From an uncultured Candidatus Saccharibacteria bacterium (GTDB lineage: Bacteria > Patescibacteriota > Saccharimonadia > CAILAD01 > JADZBC01), in the NCBI GenBank assembly GCA_964496815.1, contig CAZCAO010000001.1, positions 17,803-81,802 on the forward strand: a stretch of 64,000 bases of DNA, in the 5' to 3' direction. Positions 49,461 through 57,100 of the stretch are shown here, one piece after another (position 1 is the first letter of the stretch; every line of letters starts with the position of its first letter). The translations under genes and the position numbers were made by a program. The notes under the pieces are model-generated. The model ran no database searches and was not told the DNA's origin. It was given only the letters and a program-made list of their open reading frames with translations.

Positions 49461-49898
49461 ATGGTAAAAAAGAAAAACACCCGTGCTAGCCTCGTTGCTA
49501 TGGAAGGTCGAATTGTCGATAGGATGATGGGCATGGTTTCTGTTGTCGGGCCAGTTAGTGCATCCCCGCAAGTAGTGGAGATCTTTTCTAAGCAGAGTGC
49601 TCAGGGTGTGTCGCTGCTATCATGGGTCATGTATCTTATGCTGGGGGTTGTGTCGTTGTCCTATGGATTGTTTCACAAGCTCAAACCTATAATTGTTAGC
49701 CAAGTGCTGTGGACAATTATGGACATCGTAGTGATCGTGGGTATCCTGATGTACAGTCGCGGTGTCGTGCCTAACTTGTCATTTGATGCGCTCGTAGTCT
49801 TAAATAACCTCGGCAAAGTTCTAATTATTATGAGTTTCATGAGTGGTGGACTGGCAATTTTATACTTCATGAAAGCTCGTCAGCTCAAGCAGGTATAA
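49461..49898 (+). CDS. SemiSWEET/PQ-loop family membrane protein
   Basis: SPQVVEIF..SAQGVSLLSW; start 49461. Confidence 0.75.
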   Translation: MVKKKNTRASLVAMEGRIVDRMMGMVSVVGPVSASPQVVEIFSKQSAQGVSLLSWVMYLMLGVVSLSYGLFHKLKPIIVSQVLWTIMDIVVIVGILMYSRGVVPNLSFDALVVLNNLGKVLIIMSFMSGGLAILYFMKARQLKQV

Positions 49899-49912
49899 TT
49901 ATAGAAAAGTAC

Positions 49913-49940
49913 TTGCATACACTACCCATAGTGGTATCAT
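49913..49940 (+). promoter_or_regulatory. Promoter with an NrdR-box-like palindrome in its spacer
   Basis: TTGCAT-[ACACTACCCATAGTGG]-TATCAT; CACTA-N4-TAGTG dyad. Confidence 0.5.
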
Positions 49941-49979
49941 TAGTATCATAAGCACTATAAACAAAAGGAGGTACGGAGG

Positions 49980-50117
49980 GTGAGCGAAGTAGTAGATACA
50001 GTGGAGCAGCAGGAAAGCGTCAAAGTTGAGGCTGTCGAGCAAGAGCAAGATGACTTTCTGGCAGGTGTCCAGGCGGCGGATGCCGAAAGCTTTAATGTTT
50101 GCATATCTTGCGATTAA
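49980..50117 (+). CDS. 45-aa acidic peptide with C-terminal CxxC (not in the ORF track)
   Basis: AAGGAGG SD, GTG start; MSEVVDTVEQQESVKVEAVEQEQDDFLAGVQAADAESFNVCISCD; own promoter and terminator. Confidence 0.75.
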   Translation: MSEVVDTVEQQESVKVEAVEQEQDDFLAGVQAADAESFNVCISCD

Positions 50118-50129
50118 AAAATCACAGGT

Positions 50130-50173
50130 AAAACAAATACCCCTACGGAAAATCCGAGGGGTATTTGCGTTTT
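50130..50173. terminator. Bidirectional intrinsic terminator
   Basis: CAAATACCCCT..CGG-aaaat-CCG..AGGGGTATTTG, flanked by A and T runs, between convergent genes. Confidence 0.75.
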
Positions 50174-50183
50174 AGCCTAGGGC

Positions 50184-50768
50184 TTAGAGCAAACCAAGCT
50201 TACGGGCACAGGCGGGCCATGGACTCCAGCCGCGGGCGGCTTGGGTTTCGCGCGCTTTAGCGTCCTGAACTTCAGGAGGTGCTAAGTGCGGATAGGCGTA
50301 ACCACCATAGTTGGCCCAGGTACCGAGGTTGTACTGGTAGGCGCCATAGTAACCGTTGCCCGAGTTGCGGGTATAGTCACCACCGGCTTCACAAAGGCGC
50401 AATTGCTCCCAGACGTCACCAGTCGCAACACCGATTTTTCGGTTCGATTGGTCGTCGATCTGTGCACTAGCCAGTGTAATCTGTACTGCCTGAGCAGCTG
50501 CAACCTTGGCTTCAGCTTCGGCTTGAGCCTTGGCGGCTTGAGCAGCCTTGATCGGAGCCATGACTTCTTGGTCGAAGTCGGGCTTCTGGGCTACAAGCTC
50601 TACAGCCTGAGGCGAATTTGTATTGATGTTTAGATTGTATGTTACTTTTGGTCTACTTACAGCTTGGGCGGCAGCCTCGGCTGTAGCGGTGGCGGGAATG
50701 TGTAGGGGGTTGGCCACCTGGGTTGCAAATAGTACTGCTACTATGAGCGATTGGATGTGTTTATACAT
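50184..50768 (-). CDS. Resuscitation-promoting factor (Rpf)-type transglycosylase
   Basis: WEQLRLCEAGG..NSGNGYYGAYQY..TW..GG..Q..A..GWSPWPAC; N-terminal signal. Confidence 0.92.
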   Translation of the reverse strand: MYKHIQSLIVAVLFATQVANPLHIPATATAEAAAQAVSRPKVTYNLNINTNSPQAVELVAQKPDFDQEVMAPIKAAQAAKAQAEAEAKVAAAQAVQITLASAQIDDQSNRKIGVATGDVWEQLRLCEAGGDYTRNSGNGYYGAYQYNLGTWANYGGYAYPHLAPPEVQDAKARETQAARGWSPWPACARKLGLL

Positions 50769-50929
50769 GTGTATCTACGTATAGATACCCTCCTAAACTA
50801 CGTCCTTTTCCTAGTTAATGCTCCGCCCTAAAAATTTGGGCATTCGCGCACTTGGCTTAGAAACAAAAACGACCGTATTAAGGTAATCCTAACAGGTCGA
50901 GAGATATCTAAAATCAAGTGAACGCAGCT

Positions 50930-50958
50930 ATATTAGCATGACGTAAGCACTTTGTCAA
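50930..50958 (-). promoter_or_regulatory. Promoter of the rpf gene
   Basis: Minus strand TTGACA-17-TAATAT with TG extension. Confidence 0.65.
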
Positions 50959-51005
50959 GCATTTTGAAGCACTTTTTACCACCTAAAGAAAAGACGAATT
51001 TTTGT

Positions 51006-51405
51006 AAAAAAAGAACCACCTTGGCTATGAAGGTGGCAACGTAGCCTGGGAGGGGGTGGAATCCTCCCAGGCTACGCGAGCATTGACGAGGTGTGTCCCC
51101 CTCTTGCACACCTGACTGCTCTGGGGCGAAGTGACAGGGGCTGAGGGCCCGAAGCAGGAGGCCTGGCCTGGTGCCCATCAGCGGGTGTAAAGCGCTATCG
51201 ATGGGTGGGGCCTTTGCTCCGGGCCGACAGCTGTCGACTCTACGTTGAGTCGACTGAGGCGGTTTCCCCTGGTTTCCTCTAGCCAGATGGCTTGGTTGTC
51301 ACGAGCTTCTGAGCTTCGTCGGTTAGGTTTTTATCCAGCTCCTGCGTCTGGTCCGAACGAACTGTTTTGGAGAAGCTTGTGAAACGAGGCCGTTTGGCTT
51401 GAGTT
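51006..51405 (-). ncRNA. Candidate ~400-nt structured ncRNA A (unknown family)
   Basis: Promoter TTGACA(51439-51434)-16-TAGAAT; many hairpins including a 14-bp stem at 51040-51076; terminator CCACCTT/AAGGTGG plus U-run; no credible ORF. Confidence 0.6.
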
Positions 51406-51479
51406 GGTTTTATTCTACTCCGCTTACGTTTCGTGTCAACGCTTTTTTCGCGCCCAGGGTACTGCTATACTGGTAAGAT

Positions 51480-53264
51480 ATGAGAGACATCATTAAGATT
51501 ATTCGTTACTCCTGGAAGCTCTGGCGTTATTACCTATCAATTGCTTTTTTGGTCATCGTAGTAGCCTTGCTTGGTCTGGCTTCGCCGTTCTTGGTCAAGA
51601 TGATTGTAGACGGCTTGGTGGCAAACAGCTCCGGCGGTAATTATCAGGTAGGCTACTTTATAGTTATCGTTGCCCTTATCTTATTGAGCGACGTAGCGGG
51701 GACGATCATTTCGAACATCAATGGCCACCTGGGGGACATGATGTCTGTTAAACTCAACACATTGCTGAGCCAGCGCTATTACGATCACCTCATGTCATTG
51801 CCAATTGAATACTATGACAATGAAATCACCGGCAAAATCACGGCACGCTTAGAGCGTACGATTGGCACGATTAGCACGCTCATGCAGACCATGGCCAACA
51901 ACTTTGCCCAATTCTTCCTGACAACACTTATCACACTAGTATTTATTAGTATTTACTCCTGGCCAGTTGCGCTGCTGCTCATCGTGATTTTTCCTACCTA
52001 TATTTACATTACGCAGCTGTCGAGTCGGCGTTGGCAGCACGCACAGGAGGGCATCAATCAAGACCTAGATGTGGCGAACGGGCGTTTTGTTGAATCAGTT
52101 GGACAGATTAGGGTTGTCAAATCATTTGTAACTGAGGCTATGGAATCAGCATTCTTCCGTGGTAAGCGACGCAGCATTGAAGACCAGACCAAAGGCCAAT
52201 CTATAGTTTGGCATAAATACGACGTAGCCCGTAGGCTAGTGCTCAACGTCGTTTTTGCTTTGATCTACTGTTTTATTACTTGGCAGGCGTTCAAAGGGGA
52301 AATTACGCTTGGCGAATTCACCTTGCTATTGCAGCTTGTAACACAGGCTCAAATGCCGCTATTTGGCTCGTCATTCATTGTAGACGCTCTGCAGCGCGCT
52401 AAGGCGGGAAGTAAGGATTATTTTGGCGTTATGGCTCTTGAGCCAAGCATTAGTGATCAGGCTGATGCTAAGCCACTGAAGGTTAGCCGCGGTAAGGTAA
52501 GTTACCAGGCAATTTCGTTTGGCTATAGCCAGGGTAAGCAAGTTCTGAATGACATTAGCTTTGATATAGAGCCAGGACAAAAGATCGCGTTGGTGGGCGA
52601 GAGTGGTGAGGGTAAGAGTACGATTGCTAACATCATGCTACGCTTTTACGAGCTTGATGGTGGACGGATTCTGATCGACGACAAGGATATTAGCCAGGTT
52701 ACCCAGACGAGTCTGCGCAAGAACATTGGCGTGGTTTTCCAGGAGCCTGCCTTGTTTTCTGGCACCATCGCCGAAAACATAACATATGGTAGCGGCAAGG
52801 TGTCACGACAAAAGTTAGAGGCTGCGGCGAAGGCCGCTAACGCCCTCGGCTTTATTAAAAAACTCGAACATGGCTTTGATACTCAAATAGGCGAGCGTGG
52901 TGTGAAGCTGTCGGGTGGTCAAAAGCAGCGTATTGCCATCGCTCGGGCAATCCTCAAGGATGCCCCAATTCTTATTCTTGATGAGGCTACGAGCTCGCTG
53001 GATAGTAAGGCTGAGCGGGAAGTGCAAACAGCACTTGAGCGGCTCATGCAGGGGCGCACCACAATGATTATTGCTCACCGTTTGAGCACGATTGCTAACG
53101 TCGATGCAGTAGTCGGCATCCGTGGTGGCAAGATTGTAGAGATGGGCTCACCTGCCCAGCTGGCAAAAGGCAATGGTATTTATGCAGAGCTCCTAAGGCT
53201 ACAATCTGGCGCGGCAACCAAAGCTACCAAGGCTAAGCTTAAACAATTCGAGATCGTTAAGTAG
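51480..53264 (+). CDS. Fused ABC exporter (TMD plus ATPase, MsbA/Atm1-like)
   Basis: Six-TM domain; GESGEGKST, LSGGQKQR, ILDEATSSLD, IAHRLST. Confidence 0.94.
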   Translation: MRDIIKIIRYSWKLWRYYLSIAFLVIVVALLGLASPFLVKMIVDGLVANSSGGNYQVGYFIVIVALILLSDVAGTIISNINGHLGDMMSVKLNTLLSQRYYDHLMSLPIEYYDNEITGKITARLERTIGTISTLMQTMANNFAQFFLTTLITLVFISIYSWPVALLLIVIFPTYIYITQLSSRRWQHAQEGINQDLDVANGRFVESVGQIRVVKSFVTEAMESAFFRGKRRSIEDQTKGQSIVWHKYDVARRLVLNVVFALIYCFITWQAFKGEITLGEFTLLLQLVTQAQMPLFGSSFIVDALQRAKAGSKDYFGVMALEPSISDQADAKPLKVSRGKVSYQAISFGYSQGKQVLNDISFDIEPGQKIALVGESGEGKSTIANIMLRFYELDGGRILIDDKDISQVTQTSLRKNIGVVFQEPALFSGTIAENITYGSGKVSRQKLEAAAKAANALGFIKKLEHGFDTQIGERGVKLSGGQKQRIAIARAILKDAPILILDEATSSLDSKAEREVQTALERLMQGRTTMIIAHRLSTIANVDAVVGIRGGKIVEMGSPAQLAKGNGIYAELLRLQSGAATKATKAKLKQFEIVK

Positions 53265-53326
53265 CCTTTAGATTTGCGAGATATTTTTGCCCTTTTGGGC
53301 TATCTGAGTATAGTCATTTATGAAAC

Positions 53327-53352
53327 GGGCTCCGAGAGGAGCCTTTGTTATT
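53327..53352 (+). terminator. Terminator after the ABC exporter
   Basis: GGGCTCC-gaga-GGAGCCT followed by TTGTTATT. Confidence 0.6.
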
Positions 53353-53539
53353 ATTGAGAATTGGCTGTATTATATTCGTGTCCGCAACTGTGCCCGGAGG
53401 TACAAAATGAACATTCCTGCTTGGGGCATCGTGGCTCCACCCCAGAGCGACTTGAGAAATATCTCGGGTCGCTTCTCCATTCTATAAAAATCCCCTAAAT
53501 ACTATTGACAAGCGTAAGCGACTATGCTATTATACATTC

Positions 53540-53953
53540 AACGTCATCGGCAGTGCGCACAGCGCGCGTCGTTGGCCACCCTCACGGAGAGGGGACGTGA
53601 CCCGGTATGCGGGCTTGGTCTTCGGACACACGTTTCAGCTGAGTCCTCGGACACGAGGTATGATCTAGGGCTGCTCGAAGCCCGCGGTCAAAAGCTCACT
53701 CCAAGTGACCCACGAGTCACTTGGTAGTCGGGAACATGTTCCTGACTAGTTTTGCGATCGGGTCGAGATGCGTGGCTTTGTCCACCACCCGAAAACAATC
53801 GAGAGGATGCAGTTCTGTGATCGCACACAGAATCCTTTCTTAGACGGGCTCTTCATCGAGTCGGCTCCCTTCGGGGTAGTTATCTCGATGAATCCCGTCA
53901 ATCCTATTTGAATTATCTACAAGAGGACTCCTTTCGGAGTCCTCTTGTTATTT
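53540..53953 (+). ncRNA. Candidate ~415-nt structured ncRNA B (unknown family)
   Basis: Promoter TTGACA(53505)-17-TATTAT; about ten consecutive hairpins; 13-bp terminator ACAAGAGGACTCC-tttc-GGAGTCCTCTTGT-TATTT. Confidence 0.65.
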
Positions 53954-54186
53954 ACCTAGCTAATTACTACGGCAGTAGCCTAAACCATCTTGCTCATAAA
54001 AAACCTGTCCATTAGGGGTATGCCCCTAAGCGGCTTGAAATCTCCCAGCCCGTTTTGGTTATGCCTGAATCCATATTGCTGCTGGGGCGTATTCTCAGGT
54101 ATAATAATCAGCATAAGCTTTTATATTTTGTTCAATAAAGTGAGGGTGATATCACTAAGAAATTAGTACAAAAGGCGGCCACTACT

Positions 54187-57100
54187 ATGCGACGCGCAGC
54201 AGAGCGTGGTCGTACTGTATTTGTTCGTACTAAAATCCCGCATCACGCTAAACGTGCTCGCGTAGTGGTAGCTGCGCATGCCAGGCGCGCCCATAGTGCG
54301 ACGTTGGGCAGGGCCCATTCGCACTTGGTCACTAGAGTGCCGATGTATAGCAAGTGGCATGGCTGGAAGCACCATAAACATGTTCATCACGGTGTTTTGG
54401 CGGCCGTCTTGGTGGCTGGAACTCTAAATATTTTATTATTCCGCTCGGCTTTTGCCCTTTCGGATATTACTCAGTTGTGGAACTTTTCTAGCCAGTCTGA
54501 CTACACGCTGTCAGATACCAATGCACTGGAATATAGCGGCAATAGTGTGCGCCTAAAAGCCCAGAATTATACGAGTGACGCTAATACCATGGCCCTGTAC
54601 CATCTGGATGAATCAAATGGCACTTCGGCAAGTGACGATTCAAGTAATAACAATACAGGCTTGCTAGCTAATGCGCCGGCGTGGGGAGCTGGGAATCTCA
54701 ACAATGCCCTTACCCTAAACGGCACGAACCAAAGTGTTAGTGCAGCCGATTCAAGCTCGCTTTCGCTTTCGCAGAGCAATAGTTTAGAGGCTTGGTCAAA
54801 GTTAGGTTCTAGCTTTTCGGCCAATTCTCAGCAGAACGACCAAGTGATTATGGATAAGGGTAGTTATAAACTCTATTATGATCACGAGACTGGTAAGCCA
54901 ACCTATGAGCTAGAGAACTCGTCGGCTACAAGCTGGACTCCGCAGGCGGGTAACGGCCAGAATAACAGTTGGAATACCTCTGGCCCGACCGCTACAAAAG
55001 CATCAGTCGTTCACGATAACAATCTATACATTGGCACAGCAGGCGGCGCAGGTTACGCTCAAGTTTGGGGCTATACAGGTTCAGCTTGGACTAAAATTGG
55101 CGGTGATGGCATAAACTCAGGCTGGGCAGCAAACACGTATGAGGAGGTCGACTCCCTTACTTCAGATGGAACATATCTATATGCTGGCCTCGGTACAACT
55201 ACAGGTGATGGTGAGGTGTGGCGTTGGAATGGTTCTAGCTGGAGCAAAATTGGAGGTGATGGCATAAACTCAGGCTGGGCAGCAGCTACCTATGAGTCTG
55301 TGGCTAGCATGACATATATGGGGGGTAATCTCTACGCCGGGCTAGGTGCAAGTGGAGGTGACGGCGAGGTATGGAAATGGAACGGAACGAGCTGGACTAA
55401 GATTGGCGGCGACTCAATTAACTCTGGTTTTAATATCGGAACTGTCGTAAGCCTTGCGAATGATGGAACGTACGTTTATGCCGGCACAGGTACTGCTGCA
55501 GGAGATGCCGATGTCTGGAGATGGGACGGCGCAATTTGGACCCAGCTCGGCGGCGATGGACTAAACTCAAGTTGGGCGGCGGGCACCTATCAGCAGGTGT
55601 TAAGTATGTTTGTACAGGGCGGACAGTTGTATGTTGGTACGGGTGCCGGCACGAGCTTGGGTGAAGTTTGGAAGTGGAGTGGTAGTGCTTGGGCCAGGCT
55701 GGCTAGTAGCGGAACGGGATTCCCGGCAGCCACGTATGAGGGTGTATGGAGTATCACGGGCGACGGAACTAATCTTTATGTTGGCACTGGCAATAGTCAG
55801 AATGACGGTGATGTATATAAATACAACGGTTCTACATGGTCGCAAATCGGTGGTGACGCCCTAAGCTCTGGTTGGACGCAGGGATACATCGTCTATTCAC
55901 TTACTTGGTTCAACGGAAAACTTTATGCCGATGCGACTCAAGCTTCCAGTGGCGATGTCTTTTACTCTTGGAATGGTTCTGCTTGGACGCGTGAAGGTGG
56001 TATGTACTATGGTGGTAGTTGGGGAATGATTAATCTCAATAGTGTGCGGTCTATGACAACTGCCAACGGCAAGTTATATGCTGGCCTTGCAGGGAATTCC
56101 AACGCCAGCGTGTTTGAATACACAGGATCAGCTTGGCGGATTATTGGTGCGCCTGGGCTTAATTCCGCCTGGGGCGTGAGCCAAATTAGCGAGGTTAATG
56201 CCATGACATCAATGGGGGGACAGCTATATATCGGCACAAGTGGCGGGCAGAATGGTGATGCGGAATTGTGGCGTTGGAATGGCACGAGTTGGGCTCAGGT
56301 AGGCGGCGATGGCATAAATTCAAGCTGGAATGGTTCTTATACACGTATTTATGCAATGGCATCAGATGGTACCAATCTTTATGCCGGGGTCGGTTCCACC
56401 GGAGGCAATGGTGAAGTGTGGCGCTATTCGGGCTCAACCTGGACGCGGATAGGCGGCGCAGGGGCCAACGGTAGCTGGAATGGAACTTACCGAAATATAT
56501 ACTCTTTAGTCGTTTCGGAGGGAAATCTTTATGTAGGTAGCTATGGATCAACCAATAATAGTGCCGATGTGTGGAAGTGGAATGGGTCAAGCTGGACTCA
56601 AATTGGTGGCGATGGATTGAATTCCGGTTGGAATTTCAGCTCTATAGGTAATGGTGAGGTTGGTTCGCTCGCAGTTTATGGTAATAAGTTGTATGCAGGG
56701 ATAGGCTCTCTAAGCGCTGGAGATGCCTCGGTTTGGTCTTGGGATGGAGCTGCCTGGACCAAGGTGGGGGGCGATGACGTTAATGGCAGTTGGACGACCA
56801 GCACCTATGAACGTGTCGCTAGTATGGTTGTATATAACGGCCAGCTTTATGCCGGCCTGGGTTCAACAGGCAGTAATGGCGAACTCTGGCGTTATAATGG
56901 TTCAACCTGGACGCAAGTCGGCGGCGACAGTCTCAATGGCGGCTGGAGTTCGTCGATTGAAAGCGTGCGCTCTCTAGCGGTCTATAAAGGTAAGCTTTTT
57001 GCGGGTCTTGGTGACACTCAGAATTCGGATGCCCTGATTTATTCGTATGGTAATAATGGCTTCCTGCAGGGTTCTACAAGCAGTTTCGACACTGCTTGGC

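Noticed and set aside
50933-51178. 81-aa ORF inside ncRNA A (and the 67-aa ORF 53524-53727 in ncRNA B)
   Set aside because: Neither has an SD. The first reads through the terminator and the second starts inside the promoter. Composition is not protein-like.
51353-51361. CCGAACGAA in ncRNA A, identical to the cassette-repeat core
   Set aside because: A single 9-mer match is plausible by chance and is not enough to link the RNA to the cassettes.
51006-53953. ncRNA A or B as RNase P RNA, tmRNA, SRP RNA, 6S RNA or a group II intron
   Set aside because: No GAGGAAAGUCC/ACAGAA..GCUUA P4 strands, no tRNA-like GGGG..CCA ends, no SRP loop motif. A GTGCG occurs at 53553 but no domain V was found. Diverged forms cannot be excluded without cmscan.
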